This document shows positions 30,890-41,489 of a stretch of DNA of 64,000 bases, piece after piece; positions within the stretch are counted from its first letter, which is position 1, and every line of letters starts with the position of its first letter. The notes below the pieces were generated by a model. It was not told where the DNA came from. It ran no database searches and saw only the letters and a list, made by a program, of their open reading frames with translations. A program made the position numbers and the translations under genes. The stretch spans positions 3,072,001 through 3,136,000 of the forward strand of contig CAWJMB010000002.1 in assembly GCA_963843845.1 (NCBI GenBank), in the 5' to 3' direction. The stretch comes from an uncultured Gemmatimonadaceae bacterium. Its GTDB lineage: Bacteria; Gemmatimonadota; Gemmatimonadetes; Gemmatimonadales; Gemmatimonadaceae.

Positions 30890-33358
30890 TCACTCGGGCA
30901 TCCCGAACGGATCCCCCGGCGGCGCCGCGAGCGCGCGCGTCAGGGCGGGCATCTCGCGCCGCGTGAGCCACCGCTCGCTGTCGCGCCCGATCTGCGTCCA
31001 GTGCGCGCGCGACTCCGCCGAGCCGGCGGCCGACGCGCGGCGTGCGCTCGTGCCGAGCTCCGTGAGCTTGAGGTCGGCCATCGCGCGGACCTCGGGTGAG
31101 GCGTTCGCGTCGGAGGCGAGCAGGAGCAGGCGGTCGAACAGCGCGCGTTGTGCGACTCGGCGCAGTGCGTCCGTCTGCCCGGAGCGGAGCGACGCGTCGC
31201 GCGACGACTCGGCCGCCCCATTGCTCGCCCAGCGGACGCTCCTCGACAGCCCGTCGATCGCCTCGGCGAGCGAGAGCTGGCGGCCGTCGAAGGCGTGCTG
31301 CTGCACGAGCCGCGCGGCGCGCTCGCGCTGCAACGTCAGGTCGACGAGCATCTGCGCGAGGGTGCGCGCGGCGCCCAACGCGTCGAACGACGGCGTCGTG
31401 CGCGTGCCGAACAGCTCCACGTTCGGCGTCACGGCGCCGGCGTTCGGTCCCAGCAGCGTGCGCACCGTGTCCGGGATCAGCAGCTCGGCCGGCGCGAGCG
31501 CCGCACCCAGCATCGCGAGCGCGCGCCGCTGCCGCGCGGCGTCGATCGGGCGCGTCGCCTGCTGGCCGTCGCCGCGCAGCGCATTCGCGTACTCCATCCC
31601 CCCGACGACGCGCGACAACGCGTTCGCCGCGAACCGGTGCATGAAGTAGACGGGGGCGAACCGCTCCTGCAGCAGCGCGAGCGGGTCGCCGGGGCGAATG
31701 ACGCGCTCGCCGAATCGCGCCATCGCGATCCGACGTACCGCCGACTGGGTCGAGAAGAACTCTTCTGCCGTCGCGCCGTCGTCCCACAGGTTCGTGCGCG
31801 GGTCGCTCCCCGACTCGGGGCGGGCATCGCCGTCGGAGAGATACAGGTAGCCGTTCCGGAGCCCGTCGGCGACGATCGCGCGCAGCGAGTCGGACTCGGT
31901 CGCGGGGGGGAAGATGCCGTACCCCCAGCGGATCGCCCACACGTCGTACGCTGCCGGGCCGATGCCGTACGCGTCGGCGATGTCGATGTCGCCGCGCGCG
32001 TTCACGCGGACGCGCGGCGCGGGATAGTCCATGACCGAGCCGCGGTCGTACGACGACGCGATGTAGTTGTGCGACAGGCCCAACGTGTGGCCGACCTCGT
32101 GCGCGCTCACCTGCCGCACGCGCGCGAGCACGAACGCCGTGTCCGCCGCCGCCGCCTCGGCGCCCATGAGCCCCGCGTACAGGCCGTAGTCGGTACGGGC
32201 GCGGTGCGAGTCCATGCGCGCCATCGCCTTGATGATTTCGCCCGTCCGCGGGTCGCGCGCGCTCCCGCCGACCGACCAGCCACGTTCGTTGCGGTTCTCC
32301 CACTGCACGACGTTGTAGCGCGCGTCCATGGGGTCGGCGCCCGCCGGAAGCCACTCGACGCGCAGGCCGCCGGCCAGCCCCGCCTTCGCGAACGCGTCCT
32401 CCCACCACTTCACGCCCTGCATCGTCGCCGTCTTGATCGGCTCGGGAATGCCCGGGTCGACGTAGTACATGATCGGATTCTTGATCGGACTCGTCGGATC
32501 GTTCGGGTTCACCCGCTCGAGACGGTGGCGCGAGATCCACGACTGGAAGAGCGGTCGCTGGATCGGCGCCGCGTAGTCGGCGAAGCGGATGCCGCCATAG
32601 CCGACGCGCGGGTCGGCCGGGCGCGGGCGGTAGCCGGTGCGCAGCGGCAGCAGCGAGACGTGCTCGCGCAGCGTGAACGCCTTGCCGTCCGGCACGATGC
32701 GGTCGACGATCGGCCCCGGGCGGTTCGACGCGAACGTCAGCGACACGTCGACCTCGGTGTTCCCGGGGAAGTTGCGCGTCAGCGCGCGGTTGATCCCCGA
32801 GCGGTCGCGCGCGACGGCGTAGGTCCCCTGCTGCGTCGCCTCGAGCGTCCGCGTGACGTCGCTCCAGTCGCGCACGAAGAATTCTGTCGCGTCCACCAGC
32901 AGGCGAGTGCCCTCGGTGCCGACGAGCGGCAGCGCCGCCACGGTGCTCGGCGGGAACGCTTCGGTCACCGAACGGACGTGCGCCGCATTCGCGGTGTCCG
33001 ACGTGCGGTACTGCCAGTTCTCGAAGACGGCGACGACGCGCTCGCCTTGGCGGTCGAAGCGCACGACGTAGCTGCTGCCGTCCGAGCCGCGATCGAGTCC
33101 GACCGGATTCGATCCGAGTCCCGTCGCGAGCGTCGTGATGAGGAGCGCCCGCGTCGAATCGCTCGGAAGCTCGACGAGCAGCTTCCCCGTGCGCGTGTCG
33201 TGGTAGATCGGCAGGAAGCCGTCCATCCGGTCATACCCGGCGGTCTTGCCGCCGAACGGGCCGGGCTGCGCGGCGGTGGGGCGCGCGACGGCGGCGGTGG
33301 CCACCAGTGCCGCGAGCAACGCGGCGGGGAGTGCGAACGAACGCGGGCGAGGCGGCAT
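30890..33358 (-). CDS. Secreted zinc-dependent metalloprotease (DUF5117/DUF4953, EcxA-like)
   Basis: Signal peptide; YRPRPADPRVGY; DPMDARYN; HEVGHTLGLSHN zinc motif; SVMDY Met-turn. Confidence 0.88.
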   Translation of the reverse strand: MPPRPRSFALPAALLAALVATAAVARPTAAQPGPFGGKTAGYDRMDGFLPIYHDTRTGKLLVELPSDSTRALLITTLATGLGSNPVGLDRGSDGSSYVVRFDRQGERVVAVFENWQYRTSDTANAAHVRSVTEAFPPSTVAALPLVGTEGTRLLVDATEFFVRDWSDVTRTLEATQQGTYAVARDRSGINRALTRNFPGNTEVDVSLTFASNRPGPIVDRIVPDGKAFTLREHVSLLPLRTGYRPRPADPRVGYGGIRFADYAAPIQRPLFQSWISRHRLERVNPNDPTSPIKNPIMYYVDPGIPEPIKTATMQGVKWWEDAFAKAGLAGGLRVEWLPAGADPMDARYNVVQWENRNERGWSVGGSARDPRTGEIIKAMARMDSHRARTDYGLYAGLMGAEAAAADTAFVLARVRQVSAHEVGHTLGLSHNYIASSYDRGSVMDYPAPRVRVNARGDIDIADAYGIGPAAYDVWAIRWGYGIFPPATESDSLRAIVADGLRNGYLYLSDGDARPESGSDPRTNLWDDGATAEEFFSTQSAVRRIAMARFGERVIRPGDPLALLQERFAPVYFMHRFAANALSRVVGGMEYANALRGDGQQATRPIDAARQRRALAMLGAALAPAELLIPDTVRTLLGPNAGAVTPNVELFGTRTTPSFDALGAARTLAQMLVDLTLQRERAARLVQQHAFDGRQLSLAEAIDGLSRSVRWASNGAAESSRDASLRSGQTDALRRVAQRALFDRLLLLASDANASPEVRAMADLKLTELGTSARRASAAGSAESRAHWTQIGRDSERWLTRREMPALTRALAAPPGDPFGMPE

Positions 33359-33470
33359 GGCAGGGGCGCGGAAGGTGACGTCGGCAGTGTCTCGCGTCGC
33401 GCCCGGCTCCGCAAGCGCCTGACCGCACGCCGTCGACTATCTTTCGCGCGTCTCACTTCCACCGACTTCG

Positions 33471-35628
33471 ATGGCCACCACCACACGTCCCACGCGCAAG
33501 AGCGCCCCGGCTGCCAGCCCCACCACCGGGTCGGGCGCGCCGGCGCTGTCGCGCGAGCAGTTGCTCGCGGCCTATCGCACCATGCTCTTGTCGCGCCGCC
33601 TGGACGACAAGGAGGTGCAGCTCAAGCGGCAGAACCGGATCTTCTTCCAGATCTCGGGCGCCGGCCACGAGGCGGTGCTGACCGCCGCCGGCTTCGTGTT
33701 CAAGCCGGCCTACGACTGGTTCTACACGTACTACCGCGACCGCGCGCTCTGCCTCGCCCTCGGCATGACCGCCGCCGAGATGCTCTACTCGGCTGTCGGC
33801 GCGGCGGTCGGACCCGAACTCCGGCGGCCGGCAGATGCCGAGCCACTGGGGACACAAGGCGCTCAACATCGCCTCGTCGTCGTCGCCGACGGGGACGCAG
33901 TTCCTGCAGGGCGTCGGCGCCGCGGAGGGCGACGCTCCGCGCGTCGCAGCTCGGCATCACCGACGGGTTTCAGCACGACGAGGTCGTGCTCGTCTCGACC
34001 GGCGACGGCACGACGAGCCAGGGCGAGTTCTGGGAGTCGCTGAACACGGCGTGCAACCTCAAGCTGCCGGTCGTCTACTTCGTCGAGGACAACGGCTACG
34101 CGATCTCCGTCCCGGTCGAAGTGAACACCGCCGGCGGCTCGATCTCGAACCTCGTCGAGCGCTTTCCCGATCTGCACATCGAGCGAGTCGACGGCTGCGA
34201 CCTGCTCGCGAGCTACGAGGCGATGCTGGCGCGCCGTGCAGCACGCGCGCGACGCGGAAGGGCCCGGCGCTCGTGCACGCGAAGGTCATCCGCCCGTACT
34301 CGCACTCGCTCTCCGACGACGAGACGCTCTACCGTCCCGCCGAGGAGCGTGAAGCGGATGCGCGCGCGCGATCCGCTCATCACGTTCCCGAGGTGGCTCG
34401 TCGCCGAAGGGCACGCGACCGAGCAGGAGCTCGCCGACATCGCCGACGAGCGTGGACGCGGAGGTCCTCGCGGCGACCGACGACGCGTTGACGCAGCCGC
34501 AGCCGGACGCGAGCACCGTCCACTACGCCGTCTATTCGCCCGACGTCGATCCGACCGGCGAGCAGTTCGACACCGAAGACGATCCGCAGTACGCCGGCGG
34601 CGACGACGACGATGATCGACGCGATCAACGCCGTGATGAAGGACGAGATGCGCCGCAACGACCGCATCCTCGTCTTCGGCGAGGACGTGGCCGACGTCTC
34701 GCGCGAGCAGTACCTCGGCAAGGTCAAGGGCAAGGGCGGGGTGTTCAAGGTGACGCACGGGCTCCAGACGGAGTTCGGAGTCGGCGCGCGTCTACAACTC
34801 GCCGCTGGCCGAAGCGAACATCGTCGGCCGCGCGATCGGCCTCGCGCTTCGCGGCTTCAAGCCGGTCGTCGAAGTCCAGTTCTTCGACTACATCTGGACC
34901 GCGTACATGCAGCTCCGCGACGAGCTCGCGACGATGCGGTGGCGCTCGAACAACGCGTTCTCGTCGCCGGTGGTCGTTCGCACGACTTACGGCGGCTACA
35001 TCCGCGGCGCGATCTATCACTCGCAGACCGGCGCGTCGCTGTTCACGCATTGCCCGGGACTGCGCGTCGTCTGCCCGAGCAACGCGACTCGACGCGAACG
35101 GGGCTGCTTCGCACGGCGATTCGCTGCGACGATCCGGTGATCTTCCTCGAGCACAAGCACCTCTACCGTCAGACGTACAACAAGGGCGCGGTATCCGGGC
35201 CCGAACTTCATGATCCCGTTCGGCAAGGCGAAGATCGTTCGCGAAGGGACGGACATAACGCTCGTGACGTACGGCGCGACGGTGCAGCGCGCGCTCGCCG
35301 CCGCGAACCAGGCCGCCGAATCGAGGCGGCCCGAGCGTCGAAGTGATCGACCTCCGCACGCTGTCCCCGTGGGATCACGAGACGGTCTACGCGAGCGTGA
35401 AGAAGACGTCACGCGTCATCGTGGCCTACGAGGACAGCATCGTCGTGGGGCTACGGCGCCGAGATCGCGGCGCGCATCGCGGACGACTGCTTCGCGTGGC
35501 TCGACGCGCCGGTGAAGCGCGTGGCCAGCACGGACACGTTCGTCGGCTACGCGCCGAGCCTCGAGGATGCGATTCTGCCGCAGCAGGAGACGTTCCGGCG
35601 CGCGTACGAAGAGCTGATGCGCTTCTGA
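33471..35628 (+). CDS. Fused 2-oxoacid (probably branched-chain) dehydrogenase E1 alpha/beta; multiple apparent frameshifts
   Basis: [34 protein letters not shown] motif, SHSLSDD; beta part FGEDV, GGVFKVT, EVQFFDY, YHSQ, FLEHK, IDLRTL. Confidence 0.88.
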
Positions 35629-35881
35629 GGCGTCTCGTCGCGTGAGCCAGGCCAGCGACGAAGTCGCTGTGGCGTGTGACGCGCAGCACGCGGCGCGCGT
35701 CGCTGACGGGTGATGCATCGGCACAACAATTGACCGCGGTGATCGCGGTCCGTAGTCTCGCTGAAGACCAACGCGCTCGGACGACGTGGGCGAGCGCGCT
35801 GGTCATCCGGCGCCGATGGTCATGCATGGCAGTCACATCGGCTGCCGTGTCGTCGCAGCTTCCCGCTTCACCTGCTCGCCT

Positions 35882-36463
35882 ATGCGCCCCATCGCTCGTC
35901 TTGCCGCCATCGCCGCGACGCTGTTCGCGACCGCGGCGCCCGCGTCTGCACAGATCTATTTCAGTGGCGCGCCGGCGTCGGGCACCGACCCGTTCGGGCT
36001 CACCTATCTCACCGACGTCCTGACGGACGGCGGGATCAGCGTGCTGGCGTTCGGGATTCCCGGCTTGAACGCAGGCACGCGTCCGCTCCCGGCGGGCGCG
36101 CCGACGATCGCGTCGTTCGAGATCCGCTTCACCGGCGGATCGCCGCTGTCGACCAATCTCGACACGCTCGATTTCTTCGGGACACGGCTGCTGAACGCGA
36201 CGACCTTCGGCTTCTTCGACGCCGTCGTGTCCGCGGACCGCACGACGGCGACGTTCACGGCGCCGGCCGGACTCGAGATCGATCCTGGCGAACGGTTCTT
36301 CGTGAATGTCGTGTTCGCCGGTACCGACCTCCCGACGACCTTCGACGCGGTCTACAACGGCACGCTCGGCGCCACCGCCGTGCCGGAGCCAGCGACGATC
36401 GTGCTCGTCGCGACTGGGCTCGCCGGCGTCACGATGCTCGCGCGACGACGCCGACACGCCTGA
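35882..36463 (+). CDS. PEP-CTERM sorting domain protein
   Basis: Signal peptide ending ASA-Q; C-terminal VPEP, transmembrane helix, RRRR. Confidence 0.9.
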   Translation: MRPIARLAAIAATLFATAAPASAQIYFSGAPASGTDPFGLTYLTDVLTDGGISVLAFGIPGLNAGTRPLPAGAPTIASFEIRFTGGSPLSTNLDTLDFFGTRLLNATTFGFFDAVVSADRTTATFTAPAGLEIDPGERFFVNVVFAGTDLPTTFDAVYNGTLGATAVPEPATIVLVATGLAGVTMLARRRRHA

Positions 36464-36479
36464 CGAGGCCCGGGTGCGC

Positions 36480-36516
36480 ACGGGGCCGGCCGCTCGATGC
36501 GAGTGGCCGGCCCCGT
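36480..36516 (+). terminator. Strong GC hairpin after the PEP-CTERM gene
   Basis: ACGGGGCCGGCCGCTCG-ATG-CGAGTGGCCGGCCCCGT; no U tract. Confidence 0.55.
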
Positions 36517-36667
36517 CGCGCTGCGCCCCCGCGTCGGTCGGCACTGCTCGCGCGTCGGGAACCCTTCGCGGTGGCCGCGACGGCGCGGGCTCGGCGAAGA
36601 TCCGCGAAACTCTCGCGCGCGCTACACTGTAGGGACAGTGTACCCGACTGGCCTTCCGCGGAGTGAC

Positions 36668-36967
36668 ATGCTGATCATGCTCTCGCTCATCGTTTCGTTC
36701 CTGATCTCGCTCGCCGTGGCGTTCGTCGCGTTCCGCGCGGCCCGCGGCTTCGTGCGCGAGCGGCTCCGCTACGTCGACGCGGCGCAGCGCGGCTCGACCC
36801 CCTGGCTCGCCGGCGGCGCAGCGTTCGTCATCGGCGCCATCCTGTCATCGATCTTTCCCAGCCTGCTGCCGGTCACGCTGACGTTCGCGCTCGCGATCGG
36901 GACCGGGGTCGCGGCGGGAGCGCGCGACATCCGATCGGGCAATCACTACCTCGGCGACGGGTTCTGA
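36668..36967 (+). CDS. Hypothetical membrane protein (99 aa)
   Basis: GGAG RBS, three hydrophobic segments, GC3-rich codons. Confidence 0.7.
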   Translation: MLIMLSLIVSFLISLAVAFVAFRAARGFVRERLRYVDAAQRGSTPWLAGGAAFVIGAILSSIFPSLLPVTLTFALAIGTGVAAGARDIRSGNHYLGDGF

Positions 36968-37521
36968 CTGTCTGACGCGAGCGCGGGCAGATACCGCTCG
37001 CGCAGCAGCGTCACGTGATGCCGCTCGTGCCCCGCGATGATCCACGCGACGGCGCGCGCCGAGAGTGGCGCGCCGCTCGCGACGACGCGGCGGAGCAGCT
37101 CCTCGTCGTCGAGATTGTTGAACAGCGACAGTGTGGCGCGGCGCACGGCGGACCATTCGCCCAGTAGACTGTTCAGCGACCTCGCGTCGAAGCGGGCGTT
37201 GTCGACGTACACGTTCTCGTCGAACCCCGGCACCGCGCCCTGTTCGCCCCGCGCCGCGCAGAGCGCGCGATAACAGAAGATCCGCTCCGTGTCCGACACG
37301 TGGCCGACCATCTGCTTGATGCTCCACTTGCCGGGCGCGTAGCGCGTCGCGGCGCCGCGCTCGCCGACATCGGTGAGCAGCATGATCGTGTCCTCGAACT
37401 GCGTCTCGAGCCGCGCGAGCACGTCGCCGTCGGGCACCTGGCTGACGTAGCGGCCGAAGTAGGCGAGATGTTCGTCGGCTGCGGGCCGTACGGCGAGTAC
37501 CGTCGCGGTGGAGACAGTCAT
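36946..37521 (-). CDS. DinB/YfiT family protein
   Basis: RYAPGKWSIKQMVGHVSDTERIF and IAGHERHH. Confidence 0.9.
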   Translation of the reverse strand: MTVSTATVLAVRPAADEHLAYFGRYVSQVPDGDVLARLETQFEDTIMLLTDVGERGAATRYAPGKWSIKQMVGHVSDTERIFCYRALCAARGEQGAVPGFDENVYVDNARFDARSLNSLLGEWSAVRRATLSLFNNLDDEELLRRVVASGAPLSARAVAWIIAGHERHHVTLLRERYLPALASDSQNPSPR

Positions 37522-38283
37522 CGGTCGGAGTCGTGCTCGGGGGTGGATGCCGCACCGGCGCCGCCGGCGGGGCGGACCGGCGCCGGTGCGCAGCGGCCGC
37601 CGGCGAGCGTCGCGGTCGGCGCGAGTCGCATCTCGCATGTCGACGCGACGCCGTACCTGGTGTTGAACGCCCGCTGCGCGGCGGCCAGCGCGTCGGCCTT
37701 GCGCGTGAGCGCGGCGACGTCGGTCGAACGCGGGCAGTAGACGAGGAACTCCTCCGGCCCGCCGCAGGCGCGCTCGCCGAGCGGCAGCACGCCACACTGG
37801 CCGGCGGTGGAGCAGCCATCGGTGTGTGCCAGCGCGCGCGCCTCGCCGCGCAGTCGATCGATGGCGCGGCGGTCCGACGCCTCATCTCCGTGCAGCATCG
37901 TGTCCTGCGGCGGCATCGGCATCGGCACCGGATGCGGCGGGCGCGGCACCAGCCCCGGGCGACGCGGCGCCGTGTCGGTCCGGGGCGAGTCCGCCCGCGC
38001 CGAGTCGACGACGTCCGGAGGTGCCGGGCGCGGCCAGGCTGCGATCGGCGGGCGGGGGGAGCTCCGACGCGGGGCGGGTCGGCTCTGCCGCGGCCGCACT
38101 CCCCGGAGGGGTGTCTGACGCGGGTGCACCATTCGCCGACGCCGGCGTCCCGGAGGTCGTGGCAGCGGTCGCCGCCGTCGAGTCGGCGCGCGGCGACGAG
38201 GCGGTGCACGCAGCGAGCGCGGCGGCGACGCAGGCCAGCGCGCCGCGGACGAGGGTTCGTTCGAGCTGTCGACGCGGACGCAT
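37518..38283 (-). CDS. Hypothetical Cys-rich lipoprotein; one apparent frameshift in the Pro-rich linker
   Basis: LAAC lipobox in ORF 37882..38283; C-terminal domain C..QC..PLGERACGGP..VYC..STC..RC in the frame ending at 37518. Confidence 0.65.
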
Positions 38284-38299
38284 CTCGTCGCTCCGTGAC

Positions 38300-40009
38300 T
38301 CAGGGTGCCCGCTCGTACACCACCCGCCCGCCGACGATCGTCATGGTGACGCGCGCGTCGCGGATCGTCGCTGGCGGGATCCGCGTCAGGTCGCGATCGA
38401 TCAGCACGAAGTCCGCGAGCCGCCCGCGATCGAGCGTTCCACGGTCCCCCTCGTCGAACGAGGCGTACGCGCCGCCCTGCGTGTAGGCGCGCAGCGCCTG
38501 CTCGACGGTGATCTTCTGCTCTGGCACCCAGCCGTCCGGGTGCGCACCGTCGAGCGTGCGGCGGGTGACGGCGGCATAGATCCCCTCGAGCGGCGTCGGC
38601 GGCGCGACGAACCAGTCGCTTCCGAACGCGAGCGTCGCGCCCGCCTCCAGCAGCGCGCGAAACGCGTACGTCCCCTTCGCGCGCTCGGCACCGATGACTC
38701 GCTCCGCCCAGCGCCCGTCGTCGATCGCGTGGTACGGCTGCATGCTCGGGATGACGCCCAACGCCGCGAACCGTGGCACGTCGGCCGGTGCCAGGTGCTG
38801 CGCGTGCTCGATGCGGAAGCGGCGGTCGCGCGGCCCGTTCTCGCTCGCTACGCGAGCGAAAACATCTAGTTGGAAGCGGATCGCGCGGTCGCCGATCGCG
38901 TGCACGATGACGTGCAGCCCCGCGGCGTCGGCGCCTTTCGTCCACGCGTAGAGCTGCTCGGGGGGCGTGACGAACAGCCCGCGGTCGTTCGGCGCGTCGC
39001 TGAACGGCTCGAGCATGAGCGCCGTGTGGCTGCCCAACGAGCCGTCGACGAACGCCTTGAGTCCGCCGAGTCGCAGCCAGGCGTCGCCGCGGCCGCGGAC
39101 GGCGATCGTGTCGCGCAACCGCTCCCACGACGAGAGCGGGACCGCGGCGTAGATGCGGGTGCGGAGCGCCCCGGCCCGGTGCGCGCGCTCGAACGTGGCG
39201 AGGTGATCCCACGTCCCCATGTTGTGGACCGCGGTGACGCCCTGTGCGGCGACGTAGTCCATCGCCGCGTTCAACGCTCTGTCTTTCAGCGCGTCGCTCG
39301 GCTCCGCGACGGCGTGGTCGACGAGCGACATGGCGTTGTCCTTGAAGACGCCGGCCGGCTCGCCGCTCGCGTCGCGCACGATCGTGCCGCCGTCGACGTC
39401 GTTCGTCGCGCGCGTGACGCCGGCAAGACGGAGCGCGGCGGAGTTCGCGACCGCCATGTGCCCATCGAGTCGGCTCACCCACACCGGGTGGTTCGGCGTC
39501 ACGGTGTCGAGCCATGCCCGCGTGGGGAGCTCGCCGCCCCACCGTTCGTGGTCCCAGTCGCCGCCAGTGATCCACGTGCCGTTCGGGACCGTCGCCGCGA
39601 ACGCCCCGATGCGGGCGACGAACTCCGCCGGCGTCGCCGCGTCGCGGAGCTGCACCGACGCGAGCCGGAAGCCGCCGTCGACGAAGTGGACGTGCGCGTC
39701 GATGAAGCCGGGGACGACCATCTGCCCCTTCGCGTCGATGACACGGGCGCCGGCCGACGCCAGCTTCCGGACCTCGGCGCTCGACCCCACGGCGGCGAGC
39801 CGGTCGCCGCGCACGGCGAGCGCGTCGGCCCACGGGCGCTGCGGGTTACCGGTCCAGACGCGCGCGTTGACGACGGCGAGCGTGACCGCCTCGGGCGGCG
39901 CCACCGGCGCGGGCTGCGCGCCGAGCGAGCGACTCATGAGCGTGGCGGCGAGCGCACCGGCGAGCGCACCGGCGAGCGCACCGGCGAGCGCACCGGCCGG
40001 ACGGCGCAC
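38300..40009 (-). CDS. Amidohydrolase, YtcJ-like (Amidohydro_3)
   Basis: PGFIDAHVH, DGHMAVANS, DGSLGSHTA, HAIGDRA, RIEHAQ, FGSDW. Confidence 0.92.
   Translation of the reverse strand: MRRPAGALAGALAGALAGALAATLMSRSLGAQPAPVAPPEAVTLAVVNARVWTGNPQRPWADALAVRGDRLAAVGSSAEVRKLASAGARVIDAKGQMVVPGFIDAHVHFVDGGFRLASVQLRDAATPAEFVARIGAFAATVPNGTWITGGDWDHERWGGELPTRAWLDTVTPNHPVWVSRLDGHMAVANSAALRLAGVTRATNDVDGGTIVRDASGEPAGVFKDNAMSLVDHAVAEPSDALKDRALNAAMDYVAAQGVTAVHNMGTWDHLATFERAHRAGALRTRIYAAVPLSSWERLRDTIAVRGRGDAWLRLGGLKAFVDGSLGSHTALMLEPFSDAPNDRGLFVTPPEQLYAWTKGADAAGLHVIVHAIGDRAIRFQLDVFARVASENGPRDRRFRIEHAQHLAPADVPRFAALGVIPSMQPYHAIDDGRWAERVIGAERAKGTYAFRALLEAGATLAFGSDWFVAPPTPLEGIYAAVTRRTLDGAHPDGWVPEQKITVEQALRAYTQGGAYASFDEGDRGTLDRGRLADFVLIDRDLTRIPPATIRDARVTMTIVGGRVVYERAP
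39947..39997. repeat. In-frame 12-bp tandem repeat GGCGAGCGCACC x4 (encodes GALA repeats in the signal peptide)
   Basis: Read directly. Confidence 0.85.
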
Positions 40010-40031
40010 GAGCGGTCGAGCGCGCGCGCCG

Positions 40032-40361
40032 TCAGCGCCGCTGCTGCTCGGCCGCGTCGCGCACGTCGAGCAGGATCTCGAAGTAGAGCTGCTCGCGGCG
40101 GTACGCGAAGTCGAGCGTCGCCATCTGCGCGGCGTCGCCGGAGGCTTGAGCGCGCTCGAACGCCTCGCGATACATCTCGTCGAGGTTCGCCAGGATCTTG
40201 TCGCGGGAGCGGGACATGCGCAGGGATGGGAGAGAGTGCAGCGCCTGGCCGGTGAGTCGCGGCGGGGCGTCGTCGTGCCGCTCGGTCGCCGACTCGTCCG
40301 GGTTGAACAGCTTCTGCGCGGTGTCGAGGAGAAAGCGGCGCGGGTTCAGCGGGTTCGTCAC
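40032..40361 (-). CDS. Hypothetical helical protein
   Basis: SRDKILANLDEMYREAFERA..EQLYFEILLDVRD with typical codon use; start either GTG 40361 or ATG 40217. Confidence 0.65.
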   Translation of the reverse strand: MTNPLNPRRFLLDTAQKLFNPDESATERHDDAPPRLTGQALHSLPSLRMSRSRDKILANLDEMYREAFERAQASGDAAQMATLDFAYRREQLYFEILLDVRDAAEQQRR

Positions 40362-40417
40362 AGAGAGCGTGCTTCCGGCACGGGCGCGATGAGCAACGAG
40401 CGACGACACGAGCGGCG

Positions 40418-40723
40418 ATGAAACGGAGCGAGCTGTTCGCGCGCGACGGCTATCGGTGCGTGTACTGCGGCGAGGTCTTCCCCGCGGACGCCCTGAGCGT
40501 CGATCACGTGCAGCCGCGCGCGCGCGGCGGCGACGGCTCCGCGGGCAACCTAGTAACGGCCTGTGAGGCGTGCAACACGCGCAAAGGCCACCAGCGACTG
40601 GCCGAGTTCCTCGCCGGGGACGCGGCCGCGCGAGCGCACTTCTTTCGCCTCGCGACGCACGTGTGGGAACGACATCTGCGCGCGGTGCGGGAGGAGGTGG
40701 CGCGGCGGGTGCGAGATGCCTAA
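40418..40723 (+). CDS. Small HNH endonuclease
   Basis: FARDGYRCVYCG..LSVDHVQPRARGG..NLVTACEACNTRKG. Confidence 0.85.
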   Translation: MKRSELFARDGYRCVYCGEVFPADALSVDHVQPRARGGDGSAGNLVTACEACNTRKGHQRLAEFLAGDAAARAHFFRLATHVWERHLRAVREEVARRVRDA

Positions 40724-41061
40724 CGCGCGGGAGCGTCGAGGCGGTGAAACACGGCCTCCTCGACGACGCGTCCCCCTTTGAGATGCTCGACCACGATGCG
40801 CTCGAGGAGCTTCGGCGTGACGCTCCAGTACCAGACGCCGTCGGGGTACACGACGACGATCGGGCCGGCCGCGCAGACGCCGAGGCAGGGGGTCTCACCG
40901 CGCTTGACGCGGGTGGAGCCGAAGAGCAGCCCCTCGCGTTGCAGCAGGCGCGCGAGCTCGGCGTAGATCTCGCGGCCGCGGCGGTCGGGCGAGCAGTAGC
41001 TGCCCGTGCAGACGATCACGTGGCGGGTGTAGCGCTCCATGAGCGGGAGCGGGGACGGCAT
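40720..41061 (-). CDS. Thioredoxin-like [2Fe-2S] ferredoxin
   Basis: HVIVCTGSYC, CLGVCAAGPIVVVYPDGVWY, IVVEHLKGG. Confidence 0.9.
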   Translation of the reverse strand: MPSPLPLMERYTRHVIVCTGSYCSPDRRGREIYAELARLLQREGLLFGSTRVKRGETPCLGVCAAGPIVVVYPDGVWYWSVTPKLLERIVVEHLKGGRVVEEAVFHRLDAPAR

Positions 41062-41083
41062 CGACGACTCGGCTCCCGGCGAG

Positions 41084-41383
41084 CTACTTCCCGCGGCGCG
41101 ACGCGGCGTGGCGAAGCTGGCGGTCGCGCAGCACCATCCGCGTGCCGGCGAGCGTGGCGGCGCAGCCGGCGAGCGAGAGGGCGGGTCCGAGCAGCGGGGC
41201 GGCGCGGAGGTAGATCGAGGCGGCGGCGCTGAGGAGGAAGCCGACGCCGCACGCGGCGAGGCCGCGGGCCTGCTGGCGGGGCGCGTGGCCGGTGCGCCAG
41301 ACGTACGAGGCGTAGGCGAGCAGGGCGGCGCCGCCGGCGGTGACGCAGCTGTGGAGCAGTGTGTCTCGGTCGAGCGGTGACAT
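41084..41383 (-). CDS. Hypothetical membrane protein
   Basis: Three hydrophobic segments; fills the gap co-directionally with the ferredoxin. Confidence 0.55.
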   Translation of the reverse strand: MSPLDRDTLLHSCVTAGGAALLAYASYVWRTGHAPRQQARGLAACGVGFLLSAAASIYLRAAPLLGPALSLAGCAATLAGTRMVLRDRQLRHAASRRGK

Positions 41384-41489
41384 GCGCGCAAGCTAACGGC
41401 GTCGGCGCGGCGAGCACCGGCTCGCGTCCGACACGCGCCCGCTAGCTTTGAGGCAGCATGCTGCATCGAACCCGTTCGATCCCGAGACC

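Noticed and set aside
33790..35460. Programmed frameshifting or true pseudogene in the E1 gene
   Set aside because: Too many scattered indels, no slippery heptamers seen, motifs intact; same pattern as the other error patches
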